From positions 736,001 to 800,000 of the forward strand of contig CBDAOY010000008.1 in the NCBI GenBank assembly GCA_965198225.1: a stretch of DNA of 64,000 nucleotides, written 5' to 3'. The position numbers were made by a program, and so were the translations under genes. Position 1 is the first letter of the stretch, and each line of letters starts with the position of its first letter. A model generated the notes under the pieces. It was not told where the DNA came from. It searched no databases and saw nothing but the letters and a program-made list of their open reading frames with translations. Below, in pieces: positions 37,212 through 46,406 of the stretch. The DNA is from Terriglobia bacterium. GTDB taxonomy: Bacteria > Acidobacteriota > Terriglobia > 20CM-2-55-15.

Positions 37212-37529
37212 GTGCAACTGCTGGCCCGAGCCCGCCGCGCTGGCACCCACATCGGCACACTCTGTGACGCCATTCACCGCCGACAAGGGGAAGCTGCGGT
37301 CCGCCGCATCCTGGGTGTGCTCTCCCTGGCCAAGAAGTACGGTGTCTCCGCCGTGGAGGATGCTTCGGCTGCGGCACTGGAACTCCACGTCTACGAGTAT
37401 CGTTTCGTCCGCCGCTATCTGGAGCGGCGACCTCCACTCGCCCTGCGTCAGGTCGATCCTCTCATTCGCGAACTGACTCAGTATCGCGATCTCATCAACC
37501 TCAAAATCCAGGAGCAGGAACACTCATGA
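37212..37529 (+). pseudogene. istA: IstA transposase C-terminal fragment
   Basis: RRILGVLSLAKKYG...LRQVDPLIRELTQY directly upstream of istB; DDE core absent. Confidence 0.72.
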
Positions 37530-38281
37530 ATCTGATCGAACTCCAGCGGGCTCTCCGACAACTCCGGCTCGGCGGCATTGCCGAGGTGTTGGAAACACGC
37601 CTCCACCAGGCCCAGACCGAAGCCATGGCGCCGATCGACTTGGTCTCTCGTCTGGTCTCGGATGAACTGGACCGTCGCAGCATCCGGTTGTTGGAACGGC
37701 GTCGGAAACAGGCCCGGTTCCGCGATCCCCAGAAGACGCTCGACTCCTTCGACTTTACTTTCAACAAGAAGATGAATCGTAGTCTGGTCTTCGACCTGGC
37801 GACGGGCGCCTTCATCTCCAGGCACGACGATGCCTTGTTTCTCGGTCCTCCTGGCACCGGCAAGAGTCATCTGGCTCAGGCCATCGGCTTGGCTGCCATT
37901 GAGCAGGGCTATCGGGTCGTCTACCGTGAAACTCATGCGCTTCTCGACGACATCGCCGAAGCCACCATTGACGGTACCCGAAAGGAGTGCATGGAAGCTT
38001 TGGCGACGGTCCCGCTGCTGATCATCGACGATCTGGGGATGCGGAAGCTTCCTCCCACTGCAGCAGAGGAACTCCTCGAGATCGTGATGCGACGCTATGA
38101 ACGGACCAGTACGTTACTGACATCGAATCGACCCGTCCAAGACTGGGGAAAACTACTGGGTGATAGCGCCGCCGTCACAGCCATGCTGGACCGGCTGCTC
38201 CATCACGGCCACATCCTCAAATGCGGCCCTCGGAGTTGGAGGACTAAAACGGGCTTGCCGAGTCCAGTCCCAAAGAGGTAG
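37526..38281 (+). CDS. istB: IS21 helper ATPase IstB
   Basis: FDFTFN, GPPGTGKSHLA, LLIIDDLG, RYE..S.LLTSNRP..DW, AMLDRLLHH, SWR. Confidence 0.93.
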   Translation: MNLIELQRALRQLRLGGIAEVLETRLHQAQTEAMAPIDLVSRLVSDELDRRSIRLLERRRKQARFRDPQKTLDSFDFTFNKKMNRSLVFDLATGAFISRHDDALFLGPPGTGKSHLAQAIGLAAIEQGYRVVYRETHALLDDIAEATIDGTRKECMEALATVPLLIIDDLGMRKLPPTAAEELLEIVMRRYERTSTLLTSNRPVQDWGKLLGDSAAVTAMLDRLLHHGHILKCGPRSWRTKTGLPSPVPKR

Positions 38282-38623
38282 AACAACACCGTCCCGGGCC
38301 ATCCCCGTTGGCCGGTTTTGAAGTGACCATCGTTGGCCGGTTTTGAAGTGACCACTGAGGCCCGGAGCGATGCGCATCCATAGGTCCGGGTTGTGGCGAA
38401 GTGGATCGATTGAAGGGTTGGCTAAAGAGGGGTCGGAGCCTCTTCCTCGTCCTGCCCGGGTGACAATATAGATACGAATTGGCAGATCCCCAGGGACGAA
38501 ATGGCAATGGGCGTAATCCACTGATACAAAAGGGGATGCGAACTCACACGAAAGCTCGGGGAAACAGCCCTGGTGCTGATATCATGGTTCGATATCAACC
38601 AATCGGAGGTTCGCAGCGCAGCC

Positions 38624-39754
38624 ATGATACGAGGCAAATCTTCTGTCGTTCGGATTGTTCTGATCACATTGACCGGTCTGATGCTGACTGCCGCCTGTGC
38701 ATCCGAGCCACCGCAGTCGTCCCTGGAAAAGATCAACCTTCCGTCGGGTTTCAGCATCAGCACTTACGCTGAAGGCGTGCCCAACGCGCGGTCCATGGCG
38801 CTCAGTCCCGACCAGACGTTGTACGTGGCGACCCGCCGGGCGGGCAACGTCTACGCGGTCCGCGACGACGATGGGGACAACAGGGCGGATAGAGTGTTCA
38901 CCATCGCTTCGGGCCTGACGATGCCTAACGGCGTGGAATTCCGGGAGGGTGCGCTCTATGTTGCGGAGGTCAACCGCGTCCTCCGATACGACGGCATCGA
39001 GGGCAAGCTGGAGAACCCACCGTCGCCCGTGGTGCTCAACGACACACTACCCACGGAAACCCACCATGGCTGGAAGTATCTTCGCTTCGGACCGTACGGC
39101 AAGCTGTACTTCAATATCGGAGCTCCCTGCAACATCTGCGAGCCTGGCGATCCCTATGGTTCGATCGTCCGTATGAATCCGGACGGCACCGGTCTCGAAG
39201 TGTTCGCGCGGGGCGTTCGAAACAGCGTCGGCTTCGACTGGCATCCGGAGTCCGGCGATCTCTGGTTCACCGACAACGGCAGGGACAACCTGGGTGACGA
39301 CGTCCCGCCCGACGAATTGAATCGGGCCTCGGAGGCCGGAATGCATTTCGGCTACCCGTACTGTCACGGCCAGGACATCGCCGACCCCGAATTCGGTAGG
39401 TCCGGTCTCTGCGCCGAATACCAGCCCGCGGCCCAGAATCTGGGACCGCATGTCGCGGCCATCGGTATGACTTTCTACACCGGCGACATGTTTCCGGATG
39501 AATACAGGAACCAGATCTTCATCGCGGAACACGGCTCCTGGAACCGAAGCGTCCCGATCGGCTACCGCCTGACGCTGGTCCGACTTGAAGGGAACAAGGT
39601 TGTCAGCTACCAGCCTTTTGCCGAGGGCTGGCTCGAGGGCGACGAGGACTGGGGTCGCCCGGCCGACGTCCTCGAGATGCCGGACGGCTCACTCCTGCTT
39701 TCCGACGATACCGTCGGTGCGATCTACCGAATCACCTACGAAGCGGAAAGATAG
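38624..39754 (+). CDS. PQQ-dependent sugar/sorbosone dehydrogenase (GSDH family), lipoprotein
   Basis: Lipobox-like LTAAC; HHGWK, GVRNSVG.DWHP, DNGRD.LGDD.PPDELN, AEHGSWNRS, GRPADV, LSDD. Confidence 0.9.
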   Translation: MIRGKSSVVRIVLITLTGLMLTAACASEPPQSSLEKINLPSGFSISTYAEGVPNARSMALSPDQTLYVATRRAGNVYAVRDDDGDNRADRVFTIASGLTMPNGVEFREGALYVAEVNRVLRYDGIEGKLENPPSPVVLNDTLPTETHHGWKYLRFGPYGKLYFNIGAPCNICEPGDPYGSIVRMNPDGTGLEVFARGVRNSVGFDWHPESGDLWFTDNGRDNLGDDVPPDELNRASEAGMHFGYPYCHGQDIADPEFGRSGLCAEYQPAAQNLGPHVAAIGMTFYTGDMFPDEYRNQIFIAEHGSWNRSVPIGYRLTLVRLEGNKVVSYQPFAEGWLEGDEDWGRPADVLEMPDGSLLLSDDTVGAIYRITYEAER

Positions 39755-39794
39755 GCTAGGATCTACCGAATCACCTACGAAGCGGAAAGATAGG
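39721..39794 (+). repeat. 35-bp direct duplication of the gene 3' end, separated by CTAG
   Basis: GATCTACCGAATCACCTACGAAGCGGAAAGATAGG at 39721 and 39760. Confidence 0.85.
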
Positions 39795-39814
39795 ACTCCT
39801 AGGCGGCCACCAAA

Positions 39815-40014
39815 ACTCCCCTCCTCAGACCACCCCGTCTGCGCCCCTGGCGCAGCCACCTCCTTATCAAGGAGGGGAGTCCGGGGTGAGGCGAAGGGCC
39901 GGGGTGGTGTTGATCAATAAAATCCCGCCTAAACTTCTGGCGCATCCAATAGCGTGATCCAACCACCCCGTCTGTGCCTTCGGCACATCCACCCCTCCTT
40001 ATCCAGAGGGGAGT
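39815..40014. repeat. CTCCCCTCC/CCACCCCG palindromic repeat family copy
   Basis: CCACCCCGTCTG...CTCCTTATCAAGGAGGGGAG units shared with 32220-32326. Confidence 0.7.
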
Positions 40015-40070
40015 CGGCTCTCGTCAAGGACAGTGCCGCCACAACGGCCTACGGATAACGGCCTACGCCT

Positions 40071-42137
40071 TCACTCCTCCGGGTACGGGGTCCGGTTTCT
40101 GTAAACGATCCACAACGTGGACACGAGTGTGACTGCGGCCAGGACGTAGACGACGGGGTCGAGCTGATCCACCGGGAATCCCTGTTCACCGGCCCAGATC
40201 GCCAAGGCGTTGTTTCCAATGTGAAGTACGATTCCGGGAAAGATCGACCCGGTCATCAGCGCGACTGCGGTGATCACGATGCCGAGGAATCCGGTCGTGA
40301 TGATCCTGAAGATCGTCACGTGGAAGAACCCGAAGATGCCGCCGACGACGAGTGCGAGCACCACCGGCCGGAACTTGCGGCGCAGACCGTAGAGTAGAAC
40401 TCCCCTGAAACCGATTTCCTCGCAGATTCCGGGCAGCACCGCCACGAAAAACATCAACTGCCACAGCGGCAGCCCCTCGGCGGCGAAGGCCTCCGACATC
40501 TGCTCCATGACGCTCTGAGGGACTGGGAATACCGTGCTCGCGAACGCCAACACTGGGATAGCACTGAGCGACATGGCAGGCAGCATCAGCAGGATCACCG
40601 GCCAGAGACCGACTCGAATCGGTCTGATCGCCAGGGTCTTTCGAGGGTCGAGTCCGTAAACCTTGACGATCAGCAGCGTGGTCCCGATGAACAGCACCAG
40701 CTCGTTGAAAATGAGCTGAGCGCGCAGAGTGCCCAGCTGCGGCACTCCTATCGCGACACCGAACATCACCGCCCAGAGCACGGCAAACCATCGCCAGACG
40801 TTTGCCCGGAAAGCCGCCGGACCGGTCATCTGTGCCGGGTGCCGCTCCTGTGTGGCCGTGATGAGACGTTCCTCTCCGAGCAGGCCGGCCGAAAAGCGGA
40901 CGAGCGTGAAGGCCAGCAGGGAATTGACCAGAAAGGCAACCACGGTCATCGGCCAGTCGGGGTTGCCGGCCAGGACCTCCCTGGCGGCGACACTGACGTT
41001 GGCTACCGGGACGAGTGCGATAGCGGACCGCAGGTCGACGCCCGGGATCGCGCCGGCGAAGGCCGGCAGCATGCCCACCATATAGACAGGAAAAAAGTAT
41101 AGCTGGGCCTCCTTGTACGACTTTGCGTAGGCGGACAGCATCAGGAGGACTCCGGCGACAAGAACGGCAAGCGGAACGTAGAGCAGCATCAAAGCGAGCG
41201 CAGAAGACGTCGATACCCGAAAAACGAAGTCCTCCGGCAGAGGAATGATGTCGAAGCTGGTGTAGACGAGAAGGTTGCCGACCTGGATCAACGTGATCAC
41301 GAGAGCGACTGCCATGATGACCAGCTGCTTGGCGGCGATGATGTCGGTCCTGCCGGCGGCCGTCGTGAGGAGGGTTTCCAGCGTGCCACGCTCCTTCTCG
41401 CCGGCAATGATGTCCATGGCCACGACCGAGCCGCCGGTCAAGGTGAGCAGGAACAGGAAGGCGGTGATGAACCGACCGATCTGGAGACCCGATGTCTCGG
41501 CCGCCGAGGCCATGCTGGTTTCTTCAATCGCTATGAGTTCGGAGAATCGAATGGGGATTCCCCTGTCTTCGAAAGCGCCTTCGGCCCCATCCCGTCGGCC
41601 CAGCGTCAGCAGTCGCCGCATCCTGTTCGCACCGTCGGCTGCGGATGCCCTGTTGCCGGGAACGAAGATCTGGATCACGGGAACGCCGTCCAGGCGCCGG
41701 GCGAGTTCGTGCGGAAGTTCCCCGTCCTCATCATCCTGTTCGTCCTCGCGCGCCGCCCATTCCTCATCCGCGGCTCCGGAGCTCAGCGCGTTCAGATAGA
41801 ACTGAATTTCGCGTTCCCGGAGGCTGAGTTCCGGGTCCGGAACCTGCACCTCGTGACGTTTGAAGTTGTGCAGCTCCGAATCCGGGTCCGATTGCAGGGC
41901 CTCCTCGGCACGACCGATCAAAAGACGTGCCTCCTCGCTCCAGTCACCGGTGATTGCGTAGTCGTAGACGGTCTCCACGAGTTGCAGGTCCCGGCGTTCC
42001 GAAGCGAAGCGGGTGGCGAACAACATCACGGGCATGACCAGCATGGGAAGGATGATCGAGAGGATGATCGTCCGCCGCGACCGCAGGAGCGTGCGGATTT
42101 CCAGCTGCCAGATGAGACGAACCGTGTCCCAGTTCAA
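40071..42137 (-). CDS. NatB-type ABC permease fused to a CPBP (CAAX/Abi) intramembrane protease
   Basis: AGEKERGTLETLLT, AKSYKEAQ; C-terminal PGICEEIGFRG, FGFFH, H..NN. Confidence 0.85.
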   Translation of the reverse strand: MNWDTVRLIWQLEIRTLLRSRRTIILSIILPMLVMPVMLFATRFASERRDLQLVETVYDYAITGDWSEEARLLIGRAEEALQSDPDSELHNFKRHEVQVPDPELSLREREIQFYLNALSSGAADEEWAAREDEQDDEDGELPHELARRLDGVPVIQIFVPGNRASAADGANRMRRLLTLGRRDGAEGAFEDRGIPIRFSELIAIEETSMASAAETSGLQIGRFITAFLFLLTLTGGSVVAMDIIAGEKERGTLETLLTTAAGRTDIIAAKQLVIMAVALVITLIQVGNLLVYTSFDIIPLPEDFVFRVSTSSALALMLLYVPLAVLVAGVLLMLSAYAKSYKEAQLYFFPVYMVGMLPAFAGAIPGVDLRSAIALVPVANVSVAAREVLAGNPDWPMTVVAFLVNSLLAFTLVRFSAGLLGEERLITATQERHPAQMTGPAAFRANVWRWFAVLWAVMFGVAIGVPQLGTLRAQLIFNELVLFIGTTLLIVKVYGLDPRKTLAIRPIRVGLWPVILLMLPAMSLSAIPVLAFASTVFPVPQSVMEQMSEAFAAEGLPLWQLMFFVAVLPGICEEIGFRGVLLYGLRRKFRPVVLALVVGGIFGFFHVTIFRIITTGFLGIVITAVALMTGSIFPGIVLHIGNNALAIWAGEQGFPVDQLDPVVYVLAAVTLVSTLWIVYRNRTPYPEE

Positions 42138-42883
42138 TGCTGTTGCCCCTTCACGTACTTGACGAAGATGTCTTCCAGATAATGCTCGCCCGTCGCGGAA
42201 CGCAATCCCTGCAGCGTGTCGCACGCCAGGATACGACCGTCGTGGATGATCGCGATCCGGTCGCAGAGCTTCTCGGCCTCGCTCATGATGTGTGTCGAGA
42301 ACAGGACGGTCTTGCCCTCGTCACGAAGCTCCTTGATCGCCTCGGCCACCTCCAGGGCGTTGAGGACATCGAGGCCAACGGTCGGCTCGTCAAAAATCAG
42401 GACCGGAGGGTCGTGGGCGACGGTCCGGGCAATCGACACCTTCTGTTTCATACCGGAGGAGAGCTTCTCGACGCGAGCGTCGGCGTACTCCGTGATGCCG
42501 AAGCGATCGATCAGCCCGGAAACACGGGCGGTGACCCCGTCGGCCGGATAGTGGTTCACGCTGGCGAAGAATTCGATCGTCTCGCGTGCGGTGAGTCGTG
42601 GGTAGAGCGCGGTCGTTGCCGAATAGAAACCGAGGCTGCGCCGCACATCGGGGGCCTCGTCGACGACATCGTAGCCCATGATTCGGGCTGTTCCCGATGT
42701 CGGAAGAATGATCGTCGAAAGCATACGCAGCGTCGTCGTCTTTCCGGCGCCGTTGGCACCGAGGAGGCCGAAGACCTCGCCGGTGCGCGCTTCGAATCCG
42801 ATGCCGTCGACTGCACGGACCTCGCCGCGGGATTCGTCTTGAAAGGTCTTGTGAAGGTCGAAGACCGACACCGGCGCCCTCAT
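42134..42883 (-). CDS. natA: NatA-type ABC ATP-binding protein
   Basis: GANGAGKTT, LSSGMKQKVSIAR, FDEPTVGLD, FSTHIMSEAE. Confidence 0.88.
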   Translation of the reverse strand: MRAPVSVFDLHKTFQDESRGEVRAVDGIGFEARTGEVFGLLGANGAGKTTTLRMLSTIILPTSGTARIMGYDVVDEAPDVRRSLGFYSATTALYPRLTARETIEFFASVNHYPADGVTARVSGLIDRFGITEYADARVEKLSSGMKQKVSIARTVAHDPPVLIFDEPTVGLDVLNALEVAEAIKELRDEGKTVLFSTHIMSEAEKLCDRIAIIHDGRILACDTLQGLRSATGEHYLEDIFVKYVKGQQH

Positions 42884-44139
42884 CAGGCTCCCTTCCGGAG
42901 TACGCGTTCCTTGAAAAACCGGCTGAAACTCCCGCTGTATCCGCCCATGATGAAGTCCTCGTACTGAATGATCTTGAGAGCGAGCGCGATCGCGATCGCG
43001 ATCGTGACGATCTCCACGGCCAGAGTGATTCCGATCAACCGCCACTGGTACACGCCGGCGATCGCTTCGCGGAACATCAAGGCGATGTTCGCGACGGGGA
43101 TCGCAGCCAGCCGGGGAGTGAATTCGATGTCGGGCACCTGCAGGAACATCAGGGGCAGAATCATGAGAATGTAGAAGGGACCGATCATCGACTGGCCTTC
43201 CTTGAAGGTCCTGGCGAAGGAGGCCAGGATCATCATGCCGGCGGCGATGAACAGGGCCATCAGGGCGGCGCCGACGACGATCACCGGAATCGATCCGAGC
43301 GGGATGCTCATGGTCAGACCCGACACGTCTTCTCCCATCAGAGGCGTCAGGACGGCTTTCATGGAGAACGTCATCGCCGCCACATTCAGCATCCCTGCGG
43401 CGAACGACATCGTGGCGACGTAGAGGTACTTCGAGATGAGGATGCTGCTCCGGTCCGGAGCGACCGTCATCAGCGTCTCCCAGGTCGAGTTCTCGCGCTC
43501 ACCGGCAGTTGAATCGATCGCCGGGTAGAGTCCGCCGACCGAGAGCATGATGATGAGGAACATGGGAACGATCAGGCCCAGTATGAACTGACCCATCTCG
43601 CGGCCGGTCGCGACATTCCGATTCTCGATCCAGAATTGCTGGAGTTCTGCCGGTTCGATACCGGCCTGACGGGCGACCCCGAGCAGATACGTCTGCCTGT
43701 AGTCGTTCAGGTGAGATTCGAGTCGGGATCGAGCCAGCAGGCTGCGATCCTTGGCCGCGTCATAGACCAGCGTCACCTGGAAGTTGTCGGCAAACAGCGG
43801 GATCGTTTCCTCGGCCTCGTCGAAGCGGACAATGATGTCCAGGGTACCGTCACGAATCGCCCGCTCATCCCGGATGGCGAGAAGTTCCAGCGTGCTCTCC
43901 GCCTCCAGCGTTTCGCGGAATGCAGCATGTTGGACGGGCAGGTCGGCCAGCGTCACCCGGGACGGCATCTGTTCGGATTGGCCGGCAACGAAAGAGATGC
44001 CGGAGTAGGCGACCCACAGAAAGGCAGGGTAGAGAAAGATCGGGAGCAGGATGCTGTTGATGATGATGTTCCGCTCGCGAAGAGCGGACCGAAGCTCGCG
44101 TTTATATAGCAAGCCGATGTCGGAGAGACGGCGTTTCAC
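42883..44139 (-). CDS. natB: NatB-type ABC permease
   Basis: YPAIDSTAGERE..TWETL, ARTFKEGQ; GTG start at 44139. Confidence 0.82.
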   Translation of the reverse strand: MKRRLSDIGLLYKRELRSALRERNIIINSILLPIFLYPAFLWVAYSGISFVAGQSEQMPSRVTLADLPVQHAAFRETLEAESTLELLAIRDERAIRDGTLDIIVRFDEAEETIPLFADNFQVTLVYDAAKDRSLLARSRLESHLNDYRQTYLLGVARQAGIEPAELQQFWIENRNVATGREMGQFILGLIVPMFLIIMLSVGGLYPAIDSTAGERENSTWETLMTVAPDRSSILISKYLYVATMSFAAGMLNVAAMTFSMKAVLTPLMGEDVSGLTMSIPLGSIPVIVVGAALMALFIAAGMMILASFARTFKEGQSMIGPFYILMILPLMFLQVPDIEFTPRLAAIPVANIALMFREAIAGVYQWRLIGITLAVEIVTIAIAIALALKIIQYEDFIMGGYSGSFSRFFKERVLRKGA

Positions 44140-45056
44140 CCCGATTCCTCCGTGACCATTATCGATTCGGCCTTCTGGGACCGCACGATAAATATGCCCG
44201 CGAGAATGAGCACGATGCTGACACCCTGACCGATCACGGGACGTTCCCCCAGCAGCGCCCATGCGGCCAGCAGAGCGACGATCGGAGTCAGGTTGCCGAC
44301 GACCGCCGTCCGGGCGACCCCGATGGTCTTGATGGCGTAGGACCAGACGAAGTAGCTGTAGACGATGGCCAGCCAGGCCGACGCGGCAACGCCAAACCAG
44401 GCCCAGAGGGGAACCTCCGACCAGCGTTGTTCCAGTAGCGAGGGAACGGTCAGCGGCAGCAGGACCGCTACTCCGAACACCATCGCGAGCACCGTGATCT
44501 CGAGCGTTCCGTAGCGGCGCAGTAACGAGGTTGCGGCCCCCGTGTACCAACCCCAGCAGAATGCCGCCGCCACGATCATCAGGTCTCCGACCCAGGTCCC
44601 TCGAAAAGACACCTCATTGCCACCGAAAAGGACGATCGCCGCGACGCCCAGGACCGACAGGACGATTCCACCCAGGACCCGTCGGTTGAAGCGTTCCCGT
44701 TTCAACACAACCCCGGCCATGTACGCGAATATGGGAGTCAGGGCGAGAAGCAGGCCGACGTTGCCTGCCCGGGTCCGGGCCAGACCGAGGACGAAGAACA
44801 TCTGGTACCCCGTGTTGGACATGATACCGAGTCCGATCAGCGCCAGTACGTCCCGCCGGTCGATCCTCAGACTGACGCCGCGCAGTTTGAGGATCGAGAC
44901 CATCGTCAACGTCGCGATTGTCATCCGGACGGCATTGAACGCGAGGGGATGGAGGTATTCGTAGAGGACCTTGATGATTGAGAAATTCGTACCCCAGATC
45001 ACGGCGACGGTCAGCAGGAGAAATTCCACAAGGTAGATTCGCGTGCTGTCTTTCAA
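44136..45056 (-). CDS. EamA/DMT-family transporter
   Basis: IWGTNF, about 10 TM, GDLM, NLTPIVA..A...LGE. Confidence 0.9.
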   Translation of the reverse strand: MKDSTRIYLVEFLLLTVAVIWGTNFSIIKVLYEYLHPLAFNAVRMTIATLTMVSILKLRGVSLRIDRRDVLALIGLGIMSNTGYQMFFVLGLARTRAGNVGLLLALTPIFAYMAGVVLKRERFNRRVLGGIVLSVLGVAAIVLFGGNEVSFRGTWVGDLMIVAAAFCWGWYTGAATSLLRRYGTLEITVLAMVFGVAVLLPLTVPSLLEQRWSEVPLWAWFGVAASAWLAIVYSYFVWSYAIKTIGVARTAVVGNLTPIVALLAAWALLGERPVIGQGVSIVLILAGIFIVRSQKAESIMVTEESG

Positions 45057-45127
45057 TATGTCCGTTCTCGATCCGTGCGGTCTGGGGAATGTTCCGGCCC
45101 GAACTGCAGTTCGAGTAGTATAAGCCG

Positions 45128-45982
45128 ATGCTGATGAAAGACTTCGGGAATTCCGGCACGCAAGTACCCGTCATCGGACAGGGTACATGGGAAATGGGTG
45201 ATCGTCCCGCTGATGCGAAGCGCGAAATCGAGGCCTTGTGCGCGGGGCTGGATATGGGCCTGACCCATATCGACACCGCCGAGATGTATGGCAACGGGCG
45301 CTCGGAGCGACTGGTCGGTAAGGCGATCGAGGGTCGGCGGGAGGAAGTGTTTCTGGTCAGCAAAGTGTTGCCGTCACACGGCGCCTATGACGATACGATC
45401 CGAGCGTGCGAATCCAGCCTTCGCCGGCTGGGGACCGCCTACCTGGACCTATACCTGCTGCACTGGTGGACGGGGGGGAATCCGATTGAAGAAACGATGC
45501 GCGCAATGGCGAAGCTGGTCGACGACGGTAAGATACGGTTTGCAGGCGTGAGTAACCTGGAACTCGATGAGATGGACCAAGCCCGAGAGGCTCTCGGCGG
45601 GAAACCCCTAGTCTGCAATCAGGTGCTCTACCACCTGCAATCGCGCGGCATCGAGTTCCGCATGATCGACGAGTGTGCGGACCGTAGTGTGGCAATCGTC
45701 GCGTACTCGCCTCTGGGTCAGGGAGATTTCCCGACGCCGCAGGGCCGGCAGGGCAAGGCTCTCGCGCGAATTGCGGATCGCCACGGTAAGACGCCGCGTC
45801 AGGTGGCGCTGAATTTTCTCACAAGACAACGGAGCGTCTTCGCAATCCCGAAGGCCGCTCGGAGCGATCATGTTCGTGAAAACGCCGGCGCCCTCGGATG
45901 GTCCCTGACCAGGGAAGATCTCGCTCTGCTCGATGAAGCGTTTCCGCCCCCGGCGAAGGAAGTCCCTCTGGAGATGATCTAG
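45128..45982 (+). CDS. Aldo/keto reductase
   Basis: IGQGTW, IDTAEMYG, LVSKV, YLDLYLLHW, GVSN, NQVLY, AYSPLG, AIPKA. Confidence 0.95.
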   Translation: MLMKDFGNSGTQVPVIGQGTWEMGDRPADAKREIEALCAGLDMGLTHIDTAEMYGNGRSERLVGKAIEGRREEVFLVSKVLPSHGAYDDTIRACESSLRRLGTAYLDLYLLHWWTGGNPIEETMRAMAKLVDDGKIRFAGVSNLELDEMDQAREALGGKPLVCNQVLYHLQSRGIEFRMIDECADRSVAIVAYSPLGQGDFPTPQGRQGKALARIADRHGKTPRQVALNFLTRQRSVFAIPKAARSDHVRENAGALGWSLTREDLALLDEAFPPPAKEVPLEMI

Positions 45983-46072
45983 CCGTTGCGGGTTTTCGAG
46001 GAACGAATTGAATCAAGCTCGGGCCAGGAAGGGGCGTTGCTTCGAAGGTGCCGCGGTAGGATCTTTAGAAGG

Positions 46073-46347
46073 CTAGTGACCTGTAACAGTGCTATCGGTA
46101 CCAGCGTTCGGCGGAACGGCGTCGGATTCTAGGAGTGACGCCCGAGCCAATGCTGTTTCATTGCGAGGGCGTTACGACACCGAAGACGGCGCCGTTGGGC
46201 CGAACCCTTCGGGCCGATGGGGGTTGCGGGCGATCTCTTTGTCGGAAGCCGTCACCGATGAAAGAGCATCGCTTTCCGTCTCCCTCCTCGACCTCGCCCG
46301 CAAGACCCATCGGCGATGGTGCCGATAGCACTGTTACAGGCCACTAG
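46073..46347. mobile_element. ~275-bp structured MITE (copy E2)
   Basis: 26-bp TIR CTAGTGACCTGTAACAGTGCTATCGG / CCGATAGCACTGTTACAGGCCACTAG; two internal hairpin arms. Confidence 0.85.
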
Positions 46348-46406
46348 ATGTCGATTCCGAGAAACATCTTCCCCTTATCGGGTCGCTGACTCAAGGGTTC
46401 TCTTCG

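Larger units (their letters stand above)
37151..38358 (+). mobile_element. Truncated IS21-family element (3' istA, istB, right end)
   Basis: istA tail overlapping istB by ATGA; two 24-bp subterminal direct repeats CGTTGGCCGGTTTTGAAGTGACCA (38306, 38331). Confidence 0.85.

Noticed and set aside
38306-38354. 24-bp direct repeats as CRISPR or iteron
   Set aside because: Their position immediately after istB matches IS21 subterminal transposase-binding repeats.
46073-46347. IS110-type bridge RNA interpretation of the two-loop element
   Set aside because: Loop sequences do not match the flanks beyond CTAG, the elements have TIRs, and no IS110 recombinase is present. Unsupported without further data.
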